Below, piece by piece: positions 1 through 12,908 of a stretch of DNA of 64,000 nucleotides. Position 1 is the stretch's first letter, and every line of letters begins with the position of its first letter. The stretch is from NCBI RefSeq assembly GCF_000281045.1, contig NW_008246077.1:44176-108175 (forward strand), written 5' to 3'. The DNA comes from Saprolegnia diclina VS20. Lineage: Eukaryota. The notes below the pieces were generated by a model. That model did no database searches and had not been told where the DNA came from. It saw nothing but the letters and a program-made list of their open reading frames with translations. Both the position numbers and the translations under genes were made by a program.

Positions 1-138
1 TCACCGCGTGCCCCGGTTGTATCCGAAGATGCCTTGACAGTCCGAGTGGCGAATGACTCGGCCGCGCCCGAAGACGCAAACACGAGTCACCGCGTACCCC
101 GGTTGTATCCAAAGCTGCCTGACAGTCCGAGTGGCGAG
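1..138. repeat. Imperfect direct repeat (~52 bp copies starting at 1 and 87)
   Basis: tcaccgcgtgccccggttgtatccgaagatgccttgacagtccgagtggcga at 1 versus tcaccgcgtaccccggttgtatccaaagctgcctgacagtccgagtggcga at 87. The repeat may extend beyond the window edge. Confidence 0.8.
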
Positions 139-1329
139 TAGCTTGGCCTCGTCACTAAGTGCCCACAGGCCCAGTTGCGGTTGGTTGATGACGCCGAGAC
201 GACAGATTCGCTGGTGCCGGCGCTGTTGTCGAACCGAGAGGGTGTAGTTGCGTGATTTGTCTAAGGTGGGACGCACGAGTACCCACTTTGGCAGCCTCAC
301 AGCTCCAAGTCCGCCCTCAAAGCCGCCCAGCGCGCCGCCGGGCGGTGTTGATGAGAGCCATCGCGACCGTGTGAATGCGCAGCCGCCCGTCAACACCAGT
401 GCACCATTCGTACCTTACAGAGCTCTGGCACCTGAGCTTCGACAATTTGCGCGGGCTTGTATTGGGACTCACCGTCGTCAAAAGAGGCGCACCCAGAGCG
501 TCTGACGGATTGGCGAGTGTGCTTGGTCGGCGTGGCTTTGACTGCCGCCTTGACTGCGACCTTCGATGGCCTGTCGTGTTGCCACCACCTTGTGGCTTGT
601 CGTGCTGGCCGTGGGCTGGGTCACGGGTCTGCGCCCGGAAAGCTTGTGACGGCTGCGACGTCGCTGGCGCCGTCGCAGGCTGCCGTCGCGAGGGGGAAAA
701 GAGAACAAAAAACCGCGAACGTCTTGTGAGCTGCGGTACAGACGACGTCGCATTGTTGGGAAAAACTTGTCGGCGTAGTCGAGCAGGTCAATGCCCAAGG
801 CAAGTGCACCCTCGTCGTACACACTGAGATCGCGGAGCCGAACGTGTAGATGTAGACAGACACAGAGCGAAGTTGACGTGCCAGTTGAGCAAAGAACAAA
901 GGTGCCGAGACGGGTAGGGAAAACGGACCGTATCGCACTCACCGACGAGCGCCAGGGACGCAATTGACAGGGGCGCTAGATACTGCGTGTTAGTAAATCG
1001 CCAGTGCCCTTGATAGGAGTAGGTAGAATCCTGAGCGCGCTCTCGGGCTGCTGCTCGTGTATGCTGGTATAGCGACCGAGTGGCCGCAGTGCGGTTGCGT
1101 GCGCGCTGCTCGCGCTGGAGGCGTAGATGCGAAGGGTGTCAGCGTCTTGGCTAAAAGCCATCGAAACCACGGTGCGTCGCACGCCCGACGGCCACCGTCG
1201 CGTGCGCCAGCTGATCGTCGCTCGTCGAGGCCGAGCAAGCGTGCGGATGGTGTCGGACTCGTCAATGATGACGCCAGCCACCGAGCGCCTTCCTTGAGGC
1301 GCACCAAGCTGGAAACCACCATCGAGAGA

Positions 1330-2305
1330 CTAAGCTTGGGGCCTTGGTTGCCGCGCAGATGCGGCATATGTCGCCGTGAGAAAGCAAGGTACTTGGAGAA
1401 GCTTAGCTTTTGACTGATACTACAAATTCGTGGATGGCTCGAGCCGCTTGCTCTGCGCCTGGATCTTCTTACGTGTGCGTGCTTCCATATCTTGCTTGGT
1501 CTTCTAGAACGCTCGGCCTTGCGCGGAAAACCTCTTCCACTTCTCGGAAACGGCACTTGCAGCGCAGGCCCAAGTCTGCAAGGTCGACCATCACTTTATT
1601 TAGACCTACACGCCGTGGCGCAACGGTACCGTCGAGCGCTTAAACCGCGATATTCTCCAAGTTTTGCGGGCCATGCTGCGCGAGTACCATCTGGACCTTG
1701 AGCAGTGGGAGTATCTCCTACCGCTTTAGGTCTGGGAGGGTTAAGCCAACCTCATCCAGACACCTGTCAAGTCGCTTGGTGGTATGTGCCCAACACAAGC
1801 TTTCGCGGGGCACGTGCCAGCTACCAACTTGGACATTGTGGTCCGCGACTTTGATGGTGAACTCGTCCGTTATACCGACTGGTCGAGGCCGGACGTCGTC
1901 AGCTCGGTGGCTGCTGCTCACACGAGTTTGGTTGACGTCCGCAAGAAGATCGATAATCTGCGTCAACAACGCCTTGCGGGGGAAACCGCGGCGAAGACGC
2001 ACCAAGAACAGTTTGTCGCCAACATTGGTGACTACGTACTTTGGTCACGCGTGGACAAGATGAATTATCCGAAGGTGCTCGTCCCATGGCTCAGCCCGTT
2101 CCAAATTACGGAAGTGCCGCCGTACGCATGCGCCATCCGTCATATCCTCTCGGGTCAAGAGCGCCATGCACAAACGAGTCGCCTCAAGCCGTAAGCCGAA
2201 GGCAGCTTTGAGCTCACGCAAGAGATCCGCGAGCAGTGCTCGAGCGTGGGGAATCCTATGACTTTGGGAAGGTCTGGAAGACATTGAAGCATATCGTGAG
2301 CACTG
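1330..2305 (+). mobile_element. Degenerate Ty3/Gypsy (chromovirus-like) pol remnant: integrase core, GPY/F-type C-terminus, chromodomain trace
   Basis: About 1604-1726 reads TYTPWRNGTVERLNRDILQVLRAMLREYHLDLEQWEYLLPL (rve NG.VER.NR motif). ORF 1784-2194 has IGDYVLWSRV...KVLVPWLSPFQITEV...RHILSGQERHAQTSRLKP. About 2265 reads WEGLEDIEA, and CGICRREK lies near 1360. Stops and frameshifts occur throughout, and no LTR pair was seen. Confidence 0.8.
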
Positions 2306-2709
2306 GAGACTCATATTTGCACAGCTCTCAAACCACTAGGTCGAGACAAGGCGATACGTATCAATCTATCAGTAAGATAATCCTAGAGTAGTTTAGAATG
2401 GGACCTGTGGCGAGGGCACCAGCGGTCAGTTAGCTTTAATTTCCTATTTGCCTCATCATGGCTACTTCCAGTACATTGTCTAGCGACTCGGTCATCGCAC
2501 GAGCATTGTTTGCACTGCTCCTTTGGCCAGCAAATGCGTTGTGCGGGTGATGCATCCTTCGAAGAGCTCTTGCAAGACTGTCGGCAACTTCCCGATTGCT
2601 GTCCCAAAGGGTCACGATGGCCCGCTGATACGGTATACAAGCCATCACGGATTGGCTCGTGAAGGCGCTTACACGAGCTGACACCGGGTGATGCGGCTCA
2701 GGAACCGGC

Positions 2710-3426
2710 GTGGACGACCAACTCGGTTATCCTCAGAACACCGACACGTCCGTTGTGCACAGGCCTATTGGACTCAACGAACGGTCTAACAACGCAGTCC
2801 ACATCGACAAGAAGCAGAAGTTCAAGTATCACTCGCACGTGGTCGCACTCGTGTTTGCTATCACGACGTGGAAAGCGCAAGCTGAAACGTGCCCACACGT
2901 CATTGCTCACCTCGAACACAGCCCTCGGTCGCGAGTATTGACGTTTGAGATGCTCGACGCCACGTTCGCGCGCGTTCGATCAACGGCGCACTTCATTTAT
3001 TGATTTCATCTCGAGCCATTGCGCCATCTACCAGAGGACCCAACGAGCAACGCGCACCACCACGGATAAACGAAGTGCCATGCGCTTTCACCGAGACCAC
3101 CGACCTGCGAACCTGCCCTTTGTGGGTCATGCCCATTAGCAAGAACAAACGTCCCCTGGCAGCATCCTTGCTTCGCCGCGTCGGGCGATTGCCGCAGGTG
3201 GGCCGCAATCTTGGACACGATGTACAAGAGCAGCAGGCCGGACACGCGAGACCTTGAGATCCTAACATTTGCTGAAGACTTCGCCGCTTTTATCTTGAAA
3301 GATCTACCCATCGACAACCATCTCGACAACCATCTCCACTTGCAACGCGTAGTCTCGCGGGTGCCGCAACAGCCCAACGACTACGACTGTGGATGTTTGT
3401 CATTCTCACCACTATGTTCCGCGTAG
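2710..3426 (+). pseudogene. Disrupted gene or TE fragment ending in a Ulp1/C48 cysteine protease-like motif
   Basis: GC3-rich broken frames. 3211-3426 contains (IL)DTMYK...VPQQPNDYDCG, matching the C48 Q-x-N-x-x-D-C-G motif. 2750-2990 is homologous to 6740-6980. Confidence 0.55.
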
Positions 3427-3702
3427 CAAACTTTGATGCATTTTGCACCATCGATCCGGCGATGACCCGCGCACTCAACTTTCATGGGTGGCATTATAGC
3501 TGGCATTATAGTGCTGAAGCTTGAGGCACCCCTGGTACTATTGAGGTGGAGCATTTGGTTGGCCATGTACTAATAGTACATGTACCGTCGCATGGCCCAG
3601 ACGTGTATTTGATTGGCGCAATATACAATGTTTTTGACCAGTCAAACATGGCAAATATCCTTCGCGCCACAGCACACACAAAAAGCAGTTAGCGGTCACG
3701 AG

Positions 3703-4737
3703 ATGTCGACCGCATTCGAAGCGCCGTGGGTCGAGAAGTACCGGCCAACAACCCTGTCTCAGGTCGTGGGCAACAACGAGACCGTGAGTCGGCTCCGCGT
3801 CATCGCGCGCGAGGGCAACATGCCCAACATCATCATCAGCGGCCCGCCGGGCATTGGGAAGACCACGTCGATCCTGTGTCTCGCACGTGACCTTCTTGGC
3901 GACACGCTGATGAAGACCGCCGTGCTGGAGCTGAATGCTTCGGACGACCGCGGCATCGATACGGTAGGCAGTCGTTCCTGGTTGAATGCACCCTTAGCAT
4001 GCTCCACGACGTAGGTCCGGAACAAGATCAAGATGTTTGCGATGCAAAAGGTCACGTTGCCGCCCAACCGCCACAAGATCGTGATCCTCGACGAAGCTGA
4101 CTCGATGACGACGGCCGCACAGCAGGCATTGCGCCGCACGATGGAGGTCTTTAGCGCAACAACGCGCTTCGCGTTGGCGTGCAACAACTCGACCAAAATC
4201 ATCGAGCCCATACAGAGTCGTTGCGCCATCTTGCGCTACACGCGGCTCAAGGATGAAATGCTGCTCGAGCGCCTCGTCCAAGTATGCGACGCGGAAGGAG
4301 TTGGCTACAGTGATGACGGTATGGCCGCCCTCATCTTTACGGCCGAAGGCGACATGCGTAATGCGCTCAACAATTGCCAAGCGACACACTCGGGCTTCGG
4401 CTTTATCAGTGACGCGAATGTCTTCAAAGTCTGCGATCAACCTCACCCAACGACGGTCAAGTCCATCGTCGAAGCGTGCGTCGCCGGCGACATGGCTGTC
4501 GCTGAGAAGGAAATGATCGCGTTATGGAAGACGGGGTACTCTGCACTCGACATCATTGGCACAGTCTTCCGCGTCGCCAAGAGCACGGACATGGATGATA
4601 AGCTCAAGCTCGACTTCGTCAAGTGCATTGGGCAATCGCACATGTGCATTGCCGATGGCCTTACAACTGTTGTCCAGCTCCACGGACTCGTCGCGCGTCT
4701 TTGCGCGGCCGCCACCAGCTTCCGTGACCGAAAGTAA
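3703..4737 (+). CDS. RFC2: Replication factor C small subunit (human RFC2 / yeast Rfc4 type)
   Basis: PWVEKYRP, Walker [22 protein letters not shown], Walker [12 protein letters not shown] and the SRC motif (IQSRC). One GT-AG intron at 3964-4014. Confidence 0.93.
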
Positions 4738-4975
4738 TTCGACGATACACAGCCTGTTCAGTGTAGGTTGATGATGTGTCCTCCCTGATATTACATCTCA
4801 AGTCTGAAGTACTGTTCGGCCTTGCATGTGGCATCTGATGTGGCATGGTGCTTCGCCGCACAGCACTGCGCAAAGGTGCGAGCGGATTGGCTAAAAACAG
4901 ACCAATCATGTGGCGATTTGTAGATTTTCTTCCGTTGCCAGCGATTGGCGGGATGGAGGTTATTGGTTCTTTGCG

Positions 4976-6464
4976 ATGAAGTACCTCTTGCTTGTCATCC
5001 GCGGGCTCGAGTACTTGGCGGTCGAAGAGATTCATGCCAAGCTTACGGTGCAGCTGCTGCACAGACAATCACCTTGTCTTACATGAAGCAGGTTATCTCC
5101 GTCAACGTCATCACGCCCCAGACCAACGCGGCGTTTCCGCAACGCGACTACGAGCGGGGCGAGGCCGCTGTCGGTAAAATCGTGCTCGAGACAACATCCT
5201 CGCCAGGCGAAGTGAAGAGTCTATGCTCCATCCAGGTACATCTCCGCCGCGCGCTCTATCGTAGCACATGATTCAAATATCCTAGGCCTTCCTCGCTTTC
5301 GTTGTTGAGGCAAACGACGTTGTTACGGACGACGTGGCCGGCATGGTCCAAATTGGGGTACGTCCACTCTTTGCACCGCCTAACTCTGATACATCACGAC
5401 ATTAGAAATTAGTCGAGACGGCTGACTGGTCAGCGCCGCTGTCGCTTTGGCAAGCGCACGCACCAACGGCTCCAACGAGCGAAAACGAGAGCTTTCGCTT
5501 TCGAGCGTCGTGCGTCCGCGATGGCAAGCACGCGTACAATTCGGAAAAGATTGCTGGCGAAGTCGGGGGTGCGCTCTTGGAGCATTTCGGCTGGAAGGTC
5601 TCGCTGACCGAGTTCCACATGGAAGTCGTCTGCTTCGTGTTGCACAACCACGTCGTCTGTGGTATGCTGGTCTATCATTCTGTACAATATGGGTCAAAAC
5701 TATGGCATAGGTGTTTCCCTCGCGGACCCGCGCAAAATTTTCTTCAAGAGCCGCCTTGCCAACGAAGAGCGACACCCTAGTATGACTTCGATCCAGTACA
5801 TTTCGACGCTTCGCCCGTCAACCGCGTACATGCTGCTCCAACTCGCACGTATCGAGGCCGGTGACATTGTCCTTGACGCCATGTGCGGCGTTGGGACGAT
5901 TCCCGCGTCCGCCACGTACCTTGCCGCCCCCGTGTTTGCACTGGGTGGCGACGTCGAAGAAGACGCCGTCGAGAAGGCGGGGCGCAACGTCGCCGCGCGG
6001 CCCGCAACCATTTGCCAATGGGATAGCCAGCGCCTACCACTTCGTGACGGCAGTGTCGACAAGATCGTGATCGATATGCCGTTCGGCGTGCGCTGCGGCA
6101 GTCACCAGAAAAACAGCAAGGTCCAACAAACACAAACACAAACACGACTCTCATTGGCCGCGCTGTAGTTGTACCCGCGCTGCATGGCAGAGCTGTGCCG
6201 GGTGTTGCGCGACCACGGTCGTATTGGTGCGTTCTCGTGCTACTGTTTCTGATGATCAACTAATTTTCGCGCGTTGGCGAATTAGTGCTTCTTGTGATGT
6301 CCAAGAAACTGATCAAGGGCTGCCTTGGCAACAAAAACACGGCAGCGCTCTCAATCGTTGAGGAGCTGCACGTGAATATTGGTGGCCTCGGGGTCGGCGT
6401 CTTTGTCCTCGAAAAATACCCCGAAGGATGTAAGAAGCGCAAGTCCGACGATGTTACGCAGTAG
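4976..6464 (+). CDS. THUMP-domain RNA (m2G-type) methyltransferase, THUMPD2/3-like
   Basis: N-terminus MKYLLLVIRGLEYLAVEEI. THUMP-like RASCVRDGKH...GALEHFGWKVSL, then STLRPSTAYMLL, SAM motif VLDAMCGVGTI and DKIVIDMPFG. Several short introns; stop at 6462-6464. Confidence 0.8.
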
Positions 6465-6698
6465 CTTGGAGCTCAGGTCTTGCGTTTGATCACGAATTCA
6501 TGTCAAGTTTTCATTGGCATCATTATTCCAGATGTTACCGGTACTTTTGCTGTCCTGCACTGTCAATCCACTAGGTTTCTCGGTGGCGTCGTTTGATACA
6601 AAGCACGAGCGTGCTGCTCTCAAAGGCATCGGACTTGGCCTATCAAAGTCCTACTACGCCCCCGATTTTATAATTCTCCGAGTGTAAAACTTGACGCG

Positions 6699-7941
6699 GT
6701 GGAAGCGTGCCAGTTCGATCTTAACCTAGACAATTATGCATTCGTTGTGCGCATGCTAATCGGACTTCTCGAAAGGCCTGACAACGCGGTTAGCAGAAGG
6801 GTACGTACCCGAGAAACTGACGAACTCCTCGTACACGCTCGCGCTTGCTGCCACGACGTAGAAATCGCAAGGCAAAGCAAGTGCCCACGCACCGTTGCTC
6901 ACCTCGAGCATAACCCTCGATCGTCGGCAATAACGTTTGAGCTTCTCTACACCATGTTCTCGCGTGTTGGATTAGCGGCTTGCTTTCGCTGCATGCCCCT
7001 CTCGTTGAACATTAGTACTGCTGTGCAGTAGGGATGTCCATTGGTGACGACGGGTACATGCACTCGAGGGACAACATGCAGTCCGAGCTGCTGAACGCGC
7101 ACCGCTCCCAAGCCACCCTGCAATGTACAAGAAAAAGTGCACTGCTAAGCCGAGCGGTTTGGTCCAGTCAGTGATGAAGCGTACTAAGGCTTGGCCAGCC
7201 AACACGAGCGTCCGTAAGGCGATGGCCAAGATAACCAAGGCAAGAAGCAGCCCAAAACTTGACTCCAGCGAAGGCCACGAATTCTTGGCAAGGCGCTCAC
7301 GAGCAAATCTCGAAGTGGCAATGCACAGCAAATAGCTCAAGGTTTCTTCGTTTGGAACTCTCGTCGTCTGGACTCGTGCCCCGTTCGCGAGTGCGCTCGA
7401 TGGTGTTACCGCTTGACGCTCGACCACGAGGACATTTGTCTTTTTACTGTGCCCATGTACACCTTTCATGATCAGTTGCTACAGCCAGGCGAGCAGCTAC
7501 AATACGGAATGAAAACAACCGTCGAGCACAGGAAATAATAGACTCATTCCAACAACAACAACCGTCGAGCTCTTCATGCAATCGGCCATCACGCTAACAA
7601 GCGACTTGATTACATTGTACTCTCGTCTTGATTACGCGGAGTACAAGAGGGGCCCCACGGACTGGACAACGCGCGTTACTGTACCACGGATGCGCGATGC
7701 GCTTTCAGAACGTGATCGCCGACGAGCGCACCCCCCTTTGTGGCTCATTTGCAAGAACATCGTCCACTGGCAGCTTCTTTACCGGTACTTCGTCCGGTCG
7801 AGTCATTATTGCGGGTGGGTCATAATAGTAGCTGTCTGTGGAAGGATTCTTGGAGACACTACGCCACCGCCACGTCGAGTCGCCCACGCTGCAGTCGCTG
7901 AACGTTTGACGCTCCAAACAGTCTACGTCGCACGTTGCTGA
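6699..7941 (+). pseudogene. Second degenerate copy of the 2710-3426 element, with a possible C48 His motif
   Basis: CPRTVAHLEHNPRSSAITFELLYTMFSRV aligns with CPHVIAHLEHSPRSRVLTFEMLDATFARV. A downstream fragment reads WLICKNIVHWQLLY. Frames are interrupted. Confidence 0.5.
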
Positions 7942-8560
7942 ATATAGCGACAATAGGGAGGGCCGAAGATGCGCTTTGTTACGATCCTCTCCTATCCCTC
8001 AAGCGCTCCCGCCGCCTGTTGCAACGGGGATGCCGTTGAGTGTACGACGGCGGCGGGCGAATTACCAACAAGCCGCGGGAAATCCAAAGTGAGTGACGAT
8101 AACATATTTGCGCGTACTGGGAGCTAGCTATTGTTCCATCGGCATCAGTCGCAGCTCGACTGGCTGGCGCTCGTTGTGAGAGGACGCAAAGAGTTTCCGC
8201 ACGAGAGGTCGCATCGGTCTCATTCACGTCCTATGACGCTTCGACAACGCCACTCGTGACGGCCCAGCGAACGAGTGAAGAGGGGGAGTATTGCTACTCT
8301 CTATGGATTCCAAGGCTTGGCTGCATGAAAGTATCGTTCATCATTTTACAGTTTATCGTTCATTGACAAGTGGCACTGTGTGCGCTGGCGGATTTTTGGC
8401 GGGAACCTGTTCGTATCTCGAGGGAGATGAGGTGCTTAAATGTCCGTAAGACCAGGAGAAACAATTGGTTGTCATTGGTCTGTTTATCCGTATAATCCGG
8501 ATTGCTACTTTTGGTGGCGCATTCGTCGCGCAAGGAAGCAAGCATCAGCCTCCCTCCTCC

Positions 8561-11067
8561 ATGTGGTCGAAGCCGTTGAACCTTACGCTGACCCGCGCCT
8601 TCCATGCGTCGGCGTCGCTGGCTAAGCGTCGCGACGGCGCGTCCGGCCATATTGTCAAGACGGCCCGCGTGTTCAAGAAGGAGCTCACCAAGCAAGAGAA
8701 GAAGAAGGCAAGCATCAGTCGCGGCCACGTCGACCACGTCACTCGCATGCGCCAACTCAAGGAGCAAACTGACTATCTCGCTAACAAGGAGGCGGCATTC
8801 GTCGCTTTCGAGCAAGATGAAGAGCTCACGCGAGAGTACGACTTGGCGTACGACGAGCTCATGAACTCTGGCCGTCACCGCGAATATGACTTTGCAGACG
8901 CCATTGACGTGACTCTGCGCGACTTGGACCCGGAAGACGTTGCGCGCGAGTTTTACTCGCTGCCGCACAAGCACCAAACCGTTGACGACCTTGTCGAAGT
9001 CATGCGTGTGCTCGCCGTCCATGGCCGTGTGGACGCCACAGAGGCAATTTTAGCGCAGCTGGAAGCGAACCAAGGCGGCTCACCGGTGCCCGAGGCGACG
9101 ATTTCGGCTTCGTCAGCCGTAGTACCGAGTCGTGGTACGCTCTCGCCGACTCTCATCCCGACCGAGCGCTGCTACGTGTACCATATTTGCGCCCTGGCGC
9201 ACCACCGCGAGGCTGCCAAGGCCGTGCGCGTTCTCGGTCGCATGAAGGAGCATGGCATGCAACCAACGCAGCACTCCTACAACTCGGTCATGCAAGCGTG
9301 CACGCGCGCAAAGCGCCCCGACTGGGCCTACAACGTACGGCGATACATTGGCCATCTCGTAGCTCACCGCTATGTCTAGATGTTTGAAAAGATGCAAGCC
9401 AACGGTATCCGGCCGAGCTTGATCACGTTCACGATCCTCATGAACTCGTCGATCGCAGTCAACGATCTGGACCGCGCGTTCGAAACATTCCACCTCATGC
9501 GCACGCACGTCGCGCAGCCGTCGCTTGTCTCGTTCAACTCGATCATCTACGGCTACGCCAAAGCCGGCCGCGTCGAGCGCGCGATCAACCTCCTCGAAGA
9601 CATGCTCGAGCTCCGCCTTACGCCGTGTACGATCACGTACAACAACCTGATTCTGGCCTGCGCCAACTCGCCGTACTACGCTCACAAGGCTTGGGAGTTT
9701 TACTACGAGATGCAAGACCAGTACGACCACGTCCCGGTACGTGTCATATCAACATCGCAAGCCCTAATCATTGCGCGTAGGATTTAATCACGTACGGCAA
9801 CATGCTCCTTGCGTGCGCGCGACATGGCGACATTCGCGGCGCCGAGAAGCTCGTGTGGGACATGAAGCGCCACAACGTGCCGCAGACGCCGATTTTGCGC
9901 ACGCATCTCCTTCACGTACTCCTCGTGCTTGTTGCCGCCGTCGTATAAACGCTTGGTGACAGGTCTACGCCCGGGCCCAAGTCAAGGCCGTCGTGCGGCT
10001 CGCGCGCTCCAACATTGCGCCGCCCGAAGCCGTCAACCCAATCATCCAGGAGCGCACCGAGTTTGACGACGAGGGCAAAGTCATCGACCTCGACCGGCCG
10101 GGCCGCCAAGAGTACGACCCATTCTTTTCAACGAATATCGTCTCATGCTGGGCTAGCGTTTACTCAGACGACAACATGGGCTACGACGAGGACGACTGGG
10201 AGGGCGAAGAGGACCTCGACTGGGACGAAAGCGGCGAAGTGGGATCCGTCGAGCGCGTCCGCGGCCTCACGCCAACCGAGCGCGACGAGCTCGAGCGCTA
10301 CCTTCGGCCGCACCGCACCAAGGCTCAAGAGGAGGCGGACGAGGCGGATGCACTCCTCACTATGGACCCCGACGACGTAATGCGTGACATGGACCCGCTC
10401 AAGTACAACCCCGTGGACCTGGACAACTTTACGTCGTTCCAGGAAGACAATATCGCTACGGCCCAGCACATCTATGACGATGCGCTCGCGGCCAATGGAC
10501 CCTCCACCGAGCTCCTCAACGCTGCGCTCAGTGTGCTCGCGAACGCCCTGCGCATCCAGCGTGCGCTCGACTTTGTCGCGACCGAGTTCCCGAAGCACGT
10601 ACGTTTCTCCAACGAATCTGCCCCGCCATTCACGTCAAATGCAGGGCCTCAAGCCGGACGCACTCACTTACAGAAGCCTCATGCGCATGTTCTTGCGCGC
10701 CAAGCGCCTCAAGCGCGCCGAGGCGCTCATTGGCGAGACAAAGGCCGCCGGCGTCTCACCGGATGCTGACTTTTACGGATACCTTGTCGACTACTATGCC
10801 CGGCAGAGCCGTCTGCGCAGCGCGCTCTCGACGCTTGAAGAGATGGACCGTCTTGGCTTGAACCTGCACCCCAAACTCGCCTACAACCTGCGCAAACTCA
10901 CGCAAAAGTACCGCGTGTACACGGAGCTACTCGACGAAGACCCCAACGCGATTCACGCCATGAGCCACCATGGCCTCATGACCATGCGCAAGGAGCGGGC
11001 GCGCCAGATCGCGGCCAACCGCGCGGCAGGCCGCAAGTTTTTCATCCCGCGCCGCTCTGACGTTTAA
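8561..11067 (+). CDS. Pentatricopeptide repeat (PPR) protein, probably mitochondrial
   Basis: Tandem 35-aa motifs (HSYNSVMQACTRAKR, ITFTILMNSS, VSFNSIIYGYAKAGRVERAINLLEDM, ITYNNLILAC, LTYRSLMRMF). Presequence-like start MWSKPLNLTLTRAFHASASLA. About 5 introns. Confidence 0.88.
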
Positions 11068-11162
11068 AGATATGTATAGATTACGTAGAGAATGATGATA
11101 TAATGCACAAGCGATTCAACAAGCAAGCTCGTTGGTTTCGCAGCAGTGGTGGCTTGGGACGA

Positions 11163-12370
11163 CTAGGCCCAGACCTTGAGCAGTGTGTCCCAACTGCCCG
11201 TGCAGAGAGCCTGTCCTGTCGGGCTCACCCTAGCATTTTGTCAGACGGACCCATGGCATCCCGATGCTGCGTACCCGAGGCACGACACGCGGTTTTCGTG
11301 ACCCGTGAGCTGGTACACGTGTTGGCCCGTGTTGCTGAGCGTGTCCCAGCAGTAGCAGTTGTAGTCGTCGTAGCCCGCAAAGAGGAACCGGCCAGACTTG
11401 GAGAACGACACACTCGTGATACCGCAGAGGATCTTGTCGTTCGAAAAGTTGTTGACCTCGCCGTACGCACGCAAGTCAAAGAGGCGGCAGCTCGAGTCGT
11501 CCGAGCCTGTACCAAGCGCTGTGCCGTTGGGGAAAAAGTCGACTGAGTTGATATCCGACTCGTGGCCATGGAACGAGTGCGTCACCTTGCCGGCGCGCAA
11601 GTCCCAAACCTTTCAAGCACACGTGTGTAGTTCGACAAAAAATGAGTCTAGTAGCACCTTGGCCGTCGAGTCGCACGAGCCAGAGATGAACATGTTGGGA
11701 TGTAGCGCGCTGATGGCCACTGACATGACGTCGCCTGTATGGTCCTTGAAGGTCGTCTTGACCTCGCCCGACTCGACATCTACACGCGGATGCGCGCTTT
11801 CACGCCTTTCATATTCGGTTCGTACCCCAAAGGATGCACGTCGAGTCTCCCGAGCTCGTAATAATGTTGGTCTCGTCTATGAAGCGGCAGCAACTCAAGT
11901 AGCCGTCGTGGGCTGCAAGTTCCTTCGCGGCACGCATGACCTGCGCTTGCCTACGTCGACATGACGCCACAGTCTTTGGCAATACTAAAGCCATACCCTA
12001 GGTGGTAGATGGAGCAGAGGTTGTCGAGACCGCCGCACGCCACCATGTTGCGTTGCTTTTGCTCGTATGCGCAGGTCATGACCCAGGACGACCGCAGCGG
12101 GATGGCCTGGACCTTGTTGGTCGTCATGGCGTTCCAGACGATGAGCTTGCCATCTTGGGACGCGCTCACGAGGCTGGACGAGTCGCCGCCCCACTGCATG
12201 GCGTAAATTTTGCCAAAGTGGCCCTTGAGCACGCGGCGGCACTTGGGCGCGGCCGGGATCGCCTTGGTGCCATCGTTCTCAAAGCCGCCGTTGGACTTTT
12301 GGCTGCGCACGGCCTGGATCTTGTCCTTGAGCCCCTCGCACTTCTTCTTGAGCTCCGCGACGTCGCCCAT
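11163..12370 (-). CDS. GPB1: Heterotrimeric G-protein beta subunit
   Basis: [10 protein letters not shown] coiled coil, [78 protein letters not shown] and terminal LLKVWA*. Confidence 0.96.
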
Positions 12371-12908
12371 CGTCTTCTCTTCTTCGGCGCAAAGAGGCAA
12401 CTGGCCCGAATTAGGCCGCCGACCGTTGGGCAGGAGTTTCGGATTTCGCCGCAAAACAAGCCGCGCCGCATAAGTGCGCCTTGCATCCACCGTGCTAAGT
12501 GCGGCCGCCCTTTCGTTGTGTCAGCGACTGGAAGCGACTAACTAAGGAATGCGCGTCGTTGCATCTGTCGCAAACTAGCGTGAACTGGATGACGACGACA
12601 CATGTCGCACGCCAACGGTGCCAATTCGTCCAGCTCTCGCGAGGCTTAGAGCTACCTCAGCTCCGAAACACTATTGCTGTGAGAATGAACGAACGAGACG
12701 CGTAGTTGGGTTTGCCCCCGAAGCAGTTCCTCCGGCGTAAATGGATGGAGCGACCAACGGGAAAATTTGCTATTTGTTCGCTGCAAACAAAGTCGCTCGA
12801 ATCAATTAAAATGCGAGAAAAGAGCCAATCACAGCGCGCGAGTCGGTACCATACAAATGTGACACATGCTTGAGCTTTAGTTTTCGTCGGCGCACTGACT
12901 ACACAAGC

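Noticed and set aside
1..140. Repeat-spacer-repeat pattern as a CRISPR array
   Set aside because: Only two degenerate ~52-bp copies, a eukaryotic context and no cas genes.
2850..2960. Minus-strand CAFHVV as a MULE transposase CxxH motif
   Set aside because: That frame has stops and codon bias favours the plus strand. Too weak to call.
7514..7570. Direct repeat aacaaccgtcgagc x2 as a TSD
   Set aside because: Short, only ~30 bp apart, inside decayed sequence, with no element between the copies.
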